A stretch of 28,036 bases of DNA from an uncultured Pseudomonadales bacterium (lineage in GTDB: Bacteria > Patescibacteriota > Microgenomatia > UBA1400 > RBG-16-45-19): assembly GCA_964591645.1 (NCBI GenBank), contig CAZQBH010000002.1, forward strand, positions 4,651 through 32,686, given 5' to 3'. Below, piece by piece: positions 16,193-25,191 of this stretch; position 1 is the first letter of the stretch; the number at the start of each line of letters is the position of its first letter. The position numbers were made by a program, and so were the translations under genes. A model generated the notes under the pieces. It saw only the letters and a program-made list of their open reading frames with translations, ran no database searches and had not been told where the DNA came from.

Positions 16193-16205
16193 TCACGGAA
16201 ATACT

Positions 16206-16809
16206 TTATTTTTTTCGAGCAAAGTGTTTCCGAATGATTTCGGCAACTTTGGTTAGAGCGCGAGCACGGTGAGAAATTTTATTTTTTTCTTCGCTGGTTG
16301 CTTCCCCGAACGTTTTTCCAATCTCTGGACAAAAAAATACCGGATCAAAACCAAACCCATTTTTCCCTTGAGGAATTTTGGTGATTAAACCATCAACTCG
16401 ACCTTCAGCATGATACAGTTTATCCGCAGATGGATCGTACAATGCCATGCTGCAGGTAAACCAAGCTTGTCGCTGACTATCAGAAATATGACTCATTTCT
16501 TGGAGTAATTTTTCAATCCGATGCGTATCTGTGTCCCCATACCGTTTAGAGTAAACGCCTGGACGTCCCTCAAGTGCGGTGACTGATAAGCCCGAATCGT
16601 CTGCTAAGGTAATTAAACCAGAGAGTCGGCCATATATTTGAGCTTTGAGCGCAGCATTTTCGGCGAAGGTAGAACCAGTTTCCCGGGCTTCGTAATTACT
16701 GACTTCACGCACATCATTTAAACCGACAATATCGAGGGGTTTTTTTTGGAATAGCGCATGAATTTCCATGATTCCCGGGGTTTGTAGTGGCCACAAGAAT
16801 TTTCATCAT
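16206..16809 (-). pseudogene. rdgB: RdgB/HAM1 non-canonical purine NTP pyrophosphatase, frameshifted near codon 12 as sequenced
   Basis: N-terminus MMKILVATTNPG is in a different frame from IMEIHALF...ETGSTFAENA..KA...ADDSGL...GFGFDPVF...SHRARA. Confidence 0.8.
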
Positions 16810-16827
16810 ATGTGATATTCTACACTC
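16810..16827. promoter_or_regulatory. 18-bp bidirectional leaderless promoter between rdgB and nfo
   Basis: Plus: TG-A-TATTCT (16813-16821), 6 nt, ATG. Minus: TAGAAT (16822-16817), 7 nt, ATG. No room for an SD on either side. Confidence 0.65.
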
Positions 16828-17679
16828 ATGTTATTGGGCGCACATGTGTCTATCGCTGGGGGTTTGGATAAGGCAATCGACCGAGGGAAAGCAATCGGGG
16901 CGGCCTGTATTCAAACGTTTGCATCATCACCCCGAACGCTCCAGTTTAAACCGGTTACCGATGAGGTAATAACCGCATATCTATCTAAACGACGTCAATC
17001 TTCCATTTCGCTTCATGTCTTTCATGCTATCTATTTAGTTAACTTGGCTTCAGAAAAACCTGATTATATTCAAGCTTCAATAGAATCCCTGATTCTTTAT
17101 CAACAACTAGCTGGACGAATTGGAGCTATTGGTACAATTTTTCATATAGGCAGTCATAAAGGACGCGGTCTTGACCAAGTCAGACTTCAGGTTGGACAAG
17201 CAATTGCTGACATTTCGCATGCTTCTCCTGAAAAGACGCGGATCATTATTGAAAATGCCGCTGGGCACGCGGGAACAGTGGGTCAGACAGTTGATGAATT
17301 GGGAATAATTTTTGATGAGGTAGAACGAGCCCATGGTGATACAAGCAAACTTGGTCTCTGTTTGGATACACAACACGCTTTTGCCAGTGGAGTAGATACC
17401 CGAAACAGCGAAGCATTGGATATCTATCTTAAGTCAATTGACACCAAAATTGGATTAAACTTCCTTCAGGTGATTCATGTAAACGACTCCAAAACAGCGG
17501 TAGCTTCTCACAAAGATCGTCATGAAAATATCGGGGAGGGAATTTTGGGAATTGACGGTATATCACACTGGCTCCATCATCCCGCACTTTGCCAACTACC
17601 CTTTATCATGGAAGTTCCCGGAATTGATGGTGATGGTCCAGGAAAAAAGGATCTTGAAGTTTTACAGAGGTTGACATGA
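16828..17679 (+). CDS. nfo: Endonuclease IV (AP endonuclease family 2)
   Basis: LGAHVSIAGG, HAIYLVNLAS, FHIG, IENAAG, CLDTQH, IHVNDSK, DRHENIGEG and MEVP zinc-ligand motifs. Confidence 0.96.
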   Translation: MLLGAHVSIAGGLDKAIDRGKAIGAACIQTFASSPRTLQFKPVTDEVITAYLSKRRQSSISLHVFHAIYLVNLASEKPDYIQASIESLILYQQLAGRIGAIGTIFHIGSHKGRGLDQVRLQVGQAIADISHASPEKTRIIIENAAGHAGTVGQTVDELGIIFDEVERAHGDTSKLGLCLDTQHAFASGVDTRNSEALDIYLKSIDTKIGLNFLQVIHVNDSKTAVASHKDRHENIGEGILGIDGISHWLHHPALCQLPFIMEVPGIDGDGPGKKDLEVLQRLT

Positions 17680-18302
17680 ATGAACCAGAAGTACACTCAT
17701 TGCCCCCCTGGCCTAAACAGCGTCGCGTGAAGGCTTCACTTATTTCGACAGGATATATTTTGCTGGCTGCAGCTTTTATTGGAACCGGTATTTATCAAAT
17801 TGGAATTCAGCGTGAATGGATACGACGACCTATAAATAAGGAAACCATCACCCAATCGTTACTGCAGGATGCGGCATTTTTACATGCAGCTCAACATGCA
17901 GGGAATTTGCGGACGTGCACCAATACCGCCAAAGGATTTTCTTTACGTTATCAAGCTCCCCTCCATCCTTTGCAGGGGAAACCTGAGGCGGAGGCATGCC
18001 AGCATTTTGTCGCTCTCCACCCCACAGGAGCGGATATTTTTGTCGATATTGAAAACGTAAGAGATTCGCGCGAACATTTGATGTTACTGTTTGCCAAAGA
18101 GTATGACTACATTCAGACGGATATATTAACTGGAACACGATACCAGGTAGGTCGGTTATCAGGTCTGAAAAAAGGCGTTGATACTATCACGTATGTGATC
18201 GGAACGGACATTTCGGAAAGTTGGGTGGTTATCTATAAACTGACCAGTCCTACGTTAAACGATATCGTTCAAGAATTGGTAATCAGTTTCAACTTGGATT
18301 AG
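17676..18302 (+). CDS. Hypothetical membrane-anchored protein
   Basis: 208 aa, ATGA overlap with the nfo stop, single N-terminal TM, two Cys in the ectodomain. Confidence 0.7.
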   Translation: MNEPEVHSLPPWPKQRRVKASLISTGYILLAAAFIGTGIYQIGIQREWIRRPINKETITQSLLQDAAFLHAAQHAGNLRTCTNTAKGFSLRYQAPLHPLQGKPEAEACQHFVALHPTGADIFVDIENVRDSREHLMLLFAKEYDYIQTDILTGTRYQVGRLSGLKKGVDTITYVIGTDISESWVVIYKLTSPTLNDIVQELVISFNLD

Positions 18303-18985
18303 GGTGTTGAGGTTGGACCACAAACTGTGTTGGAAATTTTTAGCGGCTTACCGGTGGTGTAGTAATCTGAACAGTTAAATGGTGGCGCAGAAAGATAATC
18401 CGGAGCCGTTGGAAGCGGTGTCGGTGACGGTTGGCTAGAGGGATGAGGAGTGGATTGTGAACCGGGAGGGGGGGTAGCTGGTTTTGGTGTTGGCGTTGGA
18501 TTGACTGTTTTATCAATGAAATCAATGGCATCATCTATCACTGATCCTCCAGGGCCTGTACCACCAGTTCCAGGATTTATTGTTATGGTACCTGTTTGGG
18601 TTTCAATTTCGATCTGATAATCTTTGCTCTCAATTGATTTGCCATTGTTAATCAACCACTCAAATTGTCTTAAAACATTTTGGGTTTCGGCAAATCCTCG
18701 TCTTCTGGTTTTCGTTAATTTACCTGACTTATCATATTGGTTCACCGTTCCATCCATGAGAATCTCCATCGATTCGCCGTTGGTTTTGGTGAACTTGATC
18801 CGCCTGATCTGTTGATCAACTTTGTCACTTTGCCGGCTGGTATCAACCAACTGCTGAGTTGGTGTCACACTCGTTTTTTGACCAAGCTTATATGAGATAA
18901 AAAATATCATGCTAACGATTACGACAAAGACACCTATTCCAATGCCAATAATTACACCAGTTGTTGGGAGCTTGATTTTCCTCAT
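18299..18985 (-). CDS. Hypothetical membrane-anchored protein with Pro/Thr-rich linker and small Cys-paired C-terminal domain
   Basis: Start moved to MRKIKLPTTG (18985), 7 nt after TACAGT; TM helix; PTPTPKPATPPPG...PSPTPLPT stalk; C...C tail. Confidence 0.75.
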   Translation of the reverse strand: MRKIKLPTTGVIIGIGIGVFVVIVSMIFFISYKLGQKTSVTPTQQLVDTSRQSDKVDQQIRRIKFTKTNGESMEILMDGTVNQYDKSGKLTKTRRRGFAETQNVLRQFEWLINNGKSIESKDYQIEIETQTGTITINPGTGGTGPGGSVIDDAIDFIDKTVNPTPTPKPATPPPGSQSTPHPSSQPSPTPLPTAPDYLSAPPFNCSDYYTTGKPLKISNTVCGPTSTP

Positions 18986-19025
18986 ACTTATTACTGTAGC
19001 GTATTTGTAGGGTGAGATACAAAAC

Positions 19026-19077
19026 AAATACCTCCTTGTTTAAGGGAGGCATTTTAGTTATTGCAGATTCGAATCTG
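19026..19077 (-). terminator. Tandem hairpins (stabiliser plus intrinsic terminator) after the pilin gene
   Basis: Palindrome CAGATTCGAATCTG (19064-19077), then minus-strand AAAUGCCUCC-N9-GGAGGUAUUU-GUUUU. Confidence 0.6.
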
Positions 19078-19080
19078 AAA

Positions 19081-19515
19081 TTATCGGGAAATAGAAATCC
19101 ATTGTCCCGGATTTTGTTCCGAAGATGCGGAAGCGACCAAACGGCCATTTTCATCTAGCATAATCGTATATGGATTTGCGCCAGGAGTTGGATCAGACGG
19201 AACAGCAGCAATGTAGGTTGGAGCCAAATAACTAGTCAAGGCAGAGACGTTGATAGCTGTAGTGGTAATAATCGGATTATCCGTTGCATCAACGGGTAAA
19301 TTACCATTATGATCAACTGAATATTGGACAACTGCACTGGTAATCGCTGATAAATCAGCTTTTCGTTGAGTGTCGCGCGCTTGAGCAAATTGGCGAGAGG
19401 GATTGACAGCGACAATAACTACCGCCATCAAGATACCCAAAATACCAATAACCACCAATAACTCAATTAAAGTGAAACCCTTCTGCAGGGCAGCTACGAA
19501 AGATTTTCGTTGCAT
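19081..19515 (-). CDS. pilA: Type IV pilin (likely major pilin)
   Basis: Class III signal MQRKSFVAALQKG|FTLIELLVVIGILGIL with E5; ARDTQRKADL; SD GGGGGTGA upstream of ATG 19515. Confidence 0.88.
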   Translation of the reverse strand: MQRKSFVAALQKGFTLIELLVVIGILGILMAVVIVAVNPSRQFAQARDTQRKADLSAITSAVVQYSVDHNGNLPVDATDNPIITTTAINVSALTSYLAPTYIAAVPSDPTPGANPYTIMLDENGRLVASASSEQNPGQWISISR

Positions 19516-19576
19516 GAGTGTTTCACCCCCTTCCATGTTAGGGACACAAATAGTAGTAAATAGTGTTCCCAGATTC

Positions 19577-19606
19577 ACTATAGCCAACTGGAGAGAGCCT
19601 TGTCAA
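19577..19606 (-). promoter_or_regulatory. Near-consensus sigma70 promoter for the pilin
   Basis: TTGACA (19606-19601), 18-nt spacer, TATAGT (19582-19577). Confidence 0.65.
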
Positions 19607-19613
19607 TTCCTGC

Positions 19614-19811
19614 CTAATTGGACTGAGTCAGATTAATCGCTTGATTCAACTGTTGCTCGCGGGCTTTAAAAACTGCTTCAGGTTTTTCCTGCTGAAACAG
19701 TTTGACCGCTTCAAGGGTGTTTAACACCATCACAATTACGCTAGTGGTACCAATAATAAATAATCCGATTTGATAAATGGTTTTAATATCCAGTGAATGG
19801 GTCTTGGACAT
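19614..19811 (-). CDS. Small bitopic membrane protein at the end of the pilMN-pilO operon
   Basis: 65 aa, single TM, overlaps the pilO end; occupies the position where PilP is usually found. Confidence 0.6.
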   Translation of the reverse strand: MSKTHSLDIKTIYQIGLFIIGTTSVIVMVLNTLEAVKLFQQEKPEAVFKAREQQLNQAINLTQSN

Positions 19812-20325
19812 AGAGCCTCAAAGTAATTAAAGTTGCTGCTACACCTTCATTTAAGCGCGATTCGCTGGAAATAACCTGAAGGATATACGGTAAGTTAAAT
19901 AAATCTTGGTACAATTTAGGTAATTCAGTCAATGGTATATTGGCGGTAATGGTCAGCGGTACTATCAAGTTGTCCTGGAGTTTGGCGGGGGTTACAGCAG
20001 CAAATTTTATTGAAGCGGACGGTTCATATTGCCTGATTACTGCCTCAATGTCCTGAATAACTCCGACGAGCATGGATTCGCTAGGAATGGCTACATTCAT
20101 TTTATCGATCGCGATACTATTGGCATTGAGATATGTGTTAAAACTACTGGCTTCTTCAATAGTCTTATTTTTGGAAATAATGTTCGCGGTGACTGATTGA
20201 AATCCTTTTATCTTGTCTTTGGAAATATTCAAAATAATTAGACTTGCCACCAGTAGTACTACAGGCAATATTACGGCGAGAACACGATAAATAACCACTT
20301 GCTTGTTCATGGGGATGCGAGACAT
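19783..20325 (-). CDS. pilO: Type IV pilus alignment protein, PilO-like
   Basis: N-terminal TM, coiled coil, then AIPSE...LTITAN...LYQDLFNLPYILQV...ITLRLY ferredoxin-like pattern; directly follows PilM/N. Confidence 0.7.
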   Translation of the reverse strand: MSRIPMNKQVVIYRVLAVILPVVLLVASLIILNISKDKIKGFQSVTANIISKNKTIEEASSFNTYLNANSIAIDKMNVAIPSESMLVGVIQDIEAVIRQYEPSASIKFAAVTPAKLQDNLIVPLTITANIPLTELPKLYQDLFNLPYILQVISSESRLNEGVAATLITLRLYVQDPFTGY

Positions 20326-20326
20326 A

Positions 20327-21733
20327 TTACAAAGTCCCCTTAATAGGTAATGTGAGCGTTATCGCTTCTGCCTCTTCGGAACCCAACGCAGACAAAGGAA
20401 TGGCAATTTGATTAAATTTTCCGGTTTTTTCCAGTACGTCTTTAATTTCAAACAGTTTTGACCGATCCATCCCTCCTAAAGATATTTTAATCTCTTTCTT
20501 TGATGCGTTGTAATCCAACTGTCGTACCGGCAAGCCGTTTAAAGCAGTAACAGCCGCATCCAACGCTTCGGTTGGTACTTTTTTTGCCGGTTGCAACGAA
20601 ATGATTTTTTGGGCTTTTTTAAGTAACAATGGCACATTCATTTCTGCGGGAATCGGTGGCGGCTCGCCAATAGAAGCCAATTTTGATTGTTCGTTCTGAG
20701 TCATTACCATGACTGTTACTAAGACAGCTATTGAAAAAAGGCAGGCAAAACCACTCATAACTGTGCTGAAAATAGTCGTTTTTTTGGCATGATTTAATTC
20801 TGCTTCTTGTCGATACTGATGCTGAAGATTGTCTGGTAGCAGGTTGATGGTTTTTTCACTTTCAGGCAAATCTACTGCCAGATGCGACTCCATATATGCA
20901 AGATTAAATGAGGCTGGAATTTGACCCAAGATTAATTCTTTGACTGATTTGCCTACTTGAGTAGATAATATCTCTGCTAACTTTGCTGATGATTTTTCGC
21001 CGGTAATATATATGGGGATTTCGGGAGCAGTAGATGACGGTAGTCGTTCCAGAAGTTGATTAATAGACTGGCAAATTAGCTTTACAGCAGATTTACTATC
21101 GCTTTCATTTAAAAAGCTAGCAGTAATCGTTAAGGAAGAAATTCCTTTTTCAACAAGGGTAACACTACTGCCAAGACCATCAATCTCAGTCATTATTGCA
21201 ATATCAGGTAATGGTTGAATCGCTCGGGATAAGGCTGAGGCAGAAGACTCAAAACTGATGGGTTTAACACCAATTTCACGACATGCAGTAATTACTCCTT
21301 CGATCAGTTTTTTGTTTGCTGCTGTGACTACAACTTTAGTCTCTTGTTCTGACTGGCTTAACAGTTTCCAGTCAAAGTAAATGTCTTCGGGTTTAAATGG
21401 GAAAATAGTGCCTAATTGCCAACGGATGGCTTCGGTTACTTCAGGTAGGGGTAATTTGGGCAGCGTATGTTTCCGGGAGAAAGCGAGATTTTCCGGAAAA
21501 CAAACTGCGGCGTATGCAGTGTTGCATCTTGCAGTTTTAACCGCTGTTGTTAGCGTTTGAGTCAGCGCAGCCTGATCAATCGAGTCACCAACAATGTATG
21601 CTTGTGGACATAATTCCTCAGCTTGATGGGTAATTTTACCCGATTTATCGGTTTTGATGATTCTGACTGAGTTTGGATTGATATTCAATCCAAAATGATC
21701 AAGTTGCTGGTAAATATTGTTCGAAAAAATCAT
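20327..21733 (-). CDS. pilM: PilM-PilN fusion protein
   Basis: Actin-like PilM part (FGLNINPNSVR, IRWQLGTIFPFKPEDIYFDW, VVVTAA, FESSASALSRA, EIDGLGSS, YITGE), then INLLP motif, TM helix and PilN-like periplasmic domain. Confidence 0.8.
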   Translation of the reverse strand: MIFSNNIYQQLDHFGLNINPNSVRIIKTDKSGKITHQAEELCPQAYIVGDSIDQAALTQTLTTAVKTARCNTAYAAVCFPENLAFSRKHTLPKLPLPEVTEAIRWQLGTIFPFKPEDIYFDWKLLSQSEQETKVVVTAANKKLIEGVITACREIGVKPISFESSASALSRAIQPLPDIAIMTEIDGLGSSVTLVEKGISSLTITASFLNESDSKSAVKLICQSINQLLERLPSSTAPEIPIYITGEKSSAKLAEILSTQVGKSVKELILGQIPASFNLAYMESHLAVDLPESEKTINLLPDNLQHQYRQEAELNHAKKTTIFSTVMSGFACLFSIAVLVTVMVMTQNEQSKLASIGEPPPIPAEMNVPLLLKKAQKIISLQPAKKVPTEALDAAVTALNGLPVRQLDYNASKKEIKISLGGMDRSKLFEIKDVLEKTGKFNQIAIPLSALGSEEAEAITLTLPIKGTL

Positions 21734-21802
21734 AGGCAGGTTTCTTTATATATCTATCATATCGTAGATTGCTGGGTGTGGATAAGGAAGTTATGATGAA
21801 TT

Positions 21803-23146
21803 ATGGGTAAATTAAAACATGGTTTTACATTAATTGAAACATTGGTGGCGTCAGCAACCTTGGTCATCTTTTTTTCGGCTACGGCATTAATTATCCAGAC
21901 TGGGATACAAGCAATAGGGTCCGCACGACTTCGGGGGGAAGCGACCCGTTTAGCTCAGGGAAAACTAGAACTGATCCGCAATTTGACATACGAAAATGTG
22001 GGTACGGTTGGGGGAATTCCAGCTGGTCAATTACCTCCCCAGGAAACGATAACGGTTGACGGCGTTGATTTTGTAGTTGTTACCAGTGTTTTATATGTCG
22101 ATGATCCTTTTGATGAGGTGTCACCCGCAGATTTGTTACCCACAGATTACAAGCGGGTAAAAGTGGCGGTCTCCTGGTCAGGAATGTTTGCTTCGAAACA
22201 ACCGCTCATTTTGTTGACTGACTTGGCTCCGAAGGGATTAGAATCAGCAGAAAATACCGGGACCTTATCAATAGTGGTGTTTAATGCACAAGGTAAACCA
22301 GTGAGTGACGCGTCCGTCCATATTGAGGCAGCTGTGACGCCAGCGGTGAATATGGACGTTACCAGTGATGACAATGGGAAAGTGTTGATTCCTGGTGCTC
22401 CCACATGCACGGCATGTTATAAAATTTCTGCTAGTAAAACGGGATATAGTAGCGACCGAACGTATGGTGTGGATGAAATTTTCCATCCATTAAAACCGCA
22501 TTTATCTATACTCGAGGGAGAAATTAGTGAAATATCATTTGCAATTGATGCTACCGCCACTTTGGTATTGAGAATAACTCGCGATGCAGCATCGGGGTAT
22601 TCTATTTTTCCTGGAGCTCAACTCATTGTCCAGGGATCAAAGGAGATTGGTCGAACCGCAGCAGATGAACCTGTGTATAAAGTAAACAGAGCAGTGACTG
22701 CAGGAACTGGCGGATTAGTTACGGTTTCAAATCTTGAATGGGATAATTATTCTTTAATAACTCCCACTGGATCATCTATCAATTTTGCTGGATCTTGGCC
22801 TTTTGTGCCAATTGGAATTGTTCCAGGATCAACGACAAACGTAACTGCCATTGTGAAGGCGGCGAGTACCCACTCTCTCCTACTTCAGTTAACCAATGAA
22901 GAGCGTTTGCCGCTGGTGTCAGCAATAGCAGAATTATCTAGGGATGGGATCGCAGCTTCTCAAGCAGCCGGTATCGAACCCAATGGGGATCGGTCTCAAA
23001 TCTTTTTTGGCGAATTGAATGAAGCGAGTTATGATTTAACAATTACGTCCCCTGGTTACGCCACAATGAGTAGTTCTGTACATATTTCTGGGGATACGTT
23101 GGAGTATTTTATGCTTTCAACTGAGTCGGCTACACCATTACCATAA
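21803..23146 (+). CDS. Large minor pilin (PilV-like) with carboxypeptidase-regulatory-like beta domains
   Basis: MGKLKHG|FTLIETLVA prepilin motif; KLELIRNLTYENVG; TLSIVVFNAQGKPVSDASV and LLLQLTNEERLPLVSAIAEL Ig-like starts. Confidence 0.75.
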   Translation: MGKLKHGFTLIETLVASATLVIFFSATALIIQTGIQAIGSARLRGEATRLAQGKLELIRNLTYENVGTVGGIPAGQLPPQETITVDGVDFVVVTSVLYVDDPFDEVSPADLLPTDYKRVKVAVSWSGMFASKQPLILLTDLAPKGLESAENTGTLSIVVFNAQGKPVSDASVHIEAAVTPAVNMDVTSDDNGKVLIPGAPTCTACYKISASKTGYSSDRTYGVDEIFHPLKPHLSILEGEISEISFAIDATATLVLRITRDAASGYSIFPGAQLIVQGSKEIGRTAADEPVYKVNRAVTAGTGGLVTVSNLEWDNYSLITPTGSSINFAGSWPFVPIGIVPGSTTNVTAIVKAASTHSLLLQLTNEERLPLVSAIAELSRDGIAASQAAGIEPNGDRSQIFFGELNEASYDLTITSPGYATMSSSVHISGDTLEYFMLSTESATPLP

Positions 23147-23766
23147 TGAAACAGAAACAAAACCATACCACGTCCGGTTTTACACTGATTGAAGTAACAT
23201 TAAGCTCAGTGCTCCTCGCTGCAGTAATCGGTGCGGCGGCGGCATTTTGGTATTACGTCCAACGGAACTACCAATTTTCCATTACCTCATTTCAACTTAC
23301 CGACCAAGCAAGCCAGACGGTACGACAAATTGCAACCGAAGTGCGTCAAGCCAGGGAGGCGATGAATGGAGCATATCCTTTGGCAATTTTGGACGATAAC
23401 CAGCTAGCGTTTTATGCTGATGTGAATCAGGATGGAATCGTGGAGCGTCGACGATATTATGCAGAGGGCAACATGATCAAGCGAGGGATTATTGAACCAA
23501 GCGGAGATCCCCCCAGTTATGATCTTGGCGCTGAACGCACTACAATTATTGTTGATCAGGTGGATACTGAAAAACTGCCTTTGTTTACGTACTACAACGG
23601 CAGTTGGCCGGGCGACACCACACATAATCCCCTCTCATATTGGGAACGCCCACTGGAAACTCGATTAATTAAAATTTTTATTCCTTTAAAGATTACTAGT
23701 GATACCGATACTCATGCGTATCAAACTGAATCAATAGTACAAATTCGAAACTTAAAAAATAATTAA
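23146..23766 (+). CDS. Minor pilin (PilW/GspJ-like)
   Basis: SG|FTLIEVTL prepilin motif; IATEVRQA; FYADVNQDG..ERRRYY; LFTYY; VQIRNLK terminus. Confidence 0.8.
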   Translation: MKQKQNHTTSGFTLIEVTLSSVLLAAVIGAAAAFWYYVQRNYQFSITSFQLTDQASQTVRQIATEVRQAREAMNGAYPLAILDDNQLAFYADVNQDGIVERRRYYAEGNMIKRGIIEPSGDPPSYDLGAERTTIIVDQVDTEKLPLFTYYNGSWPGDTTHNPLSYWERPLETRLIKIFIPLKITSDTDTHAYQTESIVQIRNLKNN

Positions 23767-23778
23767 TATGAGCACAGT

Positions 23779-25185
23779 ATGAAAAATGATTCCACTAGTT
23801 CGCCTATTTCGCACGGATATGCTTCTGTTTTAGTACTTTTATATGGAGTGGTTGCTTCCATTTTTATTGGTGGAGTGGTGATGCTGGCATCGTTTCTTTA
23901 CACCTCAATGGTCAGGTCAAATGCGTACGAACAAGCGTTGGGTATCGCTGAGGCGGGAGCGCAGTATTATCGGTGGCATTTAGCTCATAGTTCACAGGAT
24001 TTTACCGATGGCACTGGACATGATGGCCCATATCAACACGATTACTATGACCCTCAGGGAACCCATGTTGGTACATATAGTTTGGAAATCATTCCACCAA
24101 CATCCGGTTCAACGCTAGTAAAAATCCGATCAACCGGATGGACCAGTCATAATCCAGATGTAAAGAGAACCGTGGAAGTAATTTTGGGGATTCCATCGTT
24201 GGCAAAATATGCCTTTTTGCATAATTCGAATGTTTTTTTTGGATCTGGAGTCATTGTTCATGGCCCAGTCATGTCTAATGGGGGAATTCGACAGGATGGA
24301 GTAAACGATTCGATTATGTCTAGCGCGCTAGCAACATACGCGTGCGGTAAAGAAAGCGGATGTAAACCAAGCGTAACCAAACCAGGAGTGTGGGGCAACG
24401 GTGGACCTAATAGTTTATGGCAATATCCCGTACCACCAGTGGACTTTGACTCGGTGTCTATTGCCTTTACTACCATGAAAAACGATGCCCAAACGATTGG
24501 TGTATATTATGGCCGCTCATCAAAATTGGGGTACCATGTGGTCTTTCTGGCTGATGGTACGGTGAATGTATACGAGGTCACCAGCGCAAAACATGTTCGA
24601 GGTGTAGGACAAGACGGTAGATGTACAAATGTCTACCAGGTGGTTAACGGGGAAACTTTTTTGGGAAATTATGCATTGTCGGCAAAACACATTTTCTTTT
24701 TTGAAGATGTTGTCTGGGTAGAAGGAGTGGTAGACGGTCGAGCTACCGTGGTAGCAGCGCGATTTCCATTGGAAACCAATTCAATCGATATGTGGATCAA
24801 CAACAGTTTGACCTACCTCAACAAGGATGGATCAAGCCAATTAGGTCTCATTTCGCAACGAAATATTTATTTCGTATTGGATCTACCGGAAAATTTTGAA
24901 CTGGATGCGGCTCTCATGGCTAAAAATGGCGGTGTGTTCCGCCACGGTTTCAACATTCCGGGATGCAGTAATAACGGAAAATCCTTACGGACATCATTTA
25001 CACTGTACGGATCGATTATTAGCGGACAACCGGCTGCCTGGAACTGGGGAACCCCCCCGGGATCAGGATTTACTAACCGGATCATTTCGTACGACAATCA
25101 TCTGTTGTATAACCCCCCACCCTATTTTCCTACCGACCTTTCTGGAGCGTATGAAATTGTTTCTTGGGCAGAAACAACGCGGTAA
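23779..25185 (+). CDS. Minor pilin (PilX/GspK-like)
   Basis: HG|YASVLVLLY atypical cleavage without E5; QALGIAEAGAQYYRWHL; long beta-rich C-terminus ending YDNHLLYNPPPYFP. Confidence 0.75.
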   Translation: MKNDSTSSPISHGYASVLVLLYGVVASIFIGGVVMLASFLYTSMVRSNAYEQALGIAEAGAQYYRWHLAHSSQDFTDGTGHDGPYQHDYYDPQGTHVGTYSLEIIPPTSGSTLVKIRSTGWTSHNPDVKRTVEVILGIPSLAKYAFLHNSNVFFGSGVIVHGPVMSNGGIRQDGVNDSIMSSALATYACGKESGCKPSVTKPGVWGNGGPNSLWQYPVPPVDFDSVSIAFTTMKNDAQTIGVYYGRSSKLGYHVVFLADGTVNVYEVTSAKHVRGVGQDGRCTNVYQVVNGETFLGNYALSAKHIFFFEDVVWVEGVVDGRATVVAARFPLETNSIDMWINNSLTYLNKDGSSQLGLISQRNIYFVLDLPENFELDAALMAKNGGVFRHGFNIPGCSNNGKSLRTSFTLYGSIISGQPAAWNWGTPPGSGFTNRIISYDNHLLYNPPPYFPTDLSGAYEIVSWAETTR

Positions 25186-25191
25186 CCTGGG

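Noticed and set aside
16731-16782. Programmed frameshift or polymerase slippage producing functional RdgB
   Set aside because: +1 at CCC-G loses the conserved Lys; slippage at the downstream A8 run would replace the KIMEIHALF helix with out-of-frame residues; no stimulatory element seen.
18410-18520. Tandem DNA repeat or CRISPR-like array in the Pro/Thr-rich region
   Set aside because: Low-complexity codons of a protein linker; no fixed-length repeats with spacers. No CRISPR array, tRNA or rRNA was seen anywhere in the window.
19516-19587. Longer pilin N-terminus from the ORF track (MAIVNLG...)
   Set aside because: The extension overlaps the pilin -10 box; the SD and prepilin leader length support ATG 19515.
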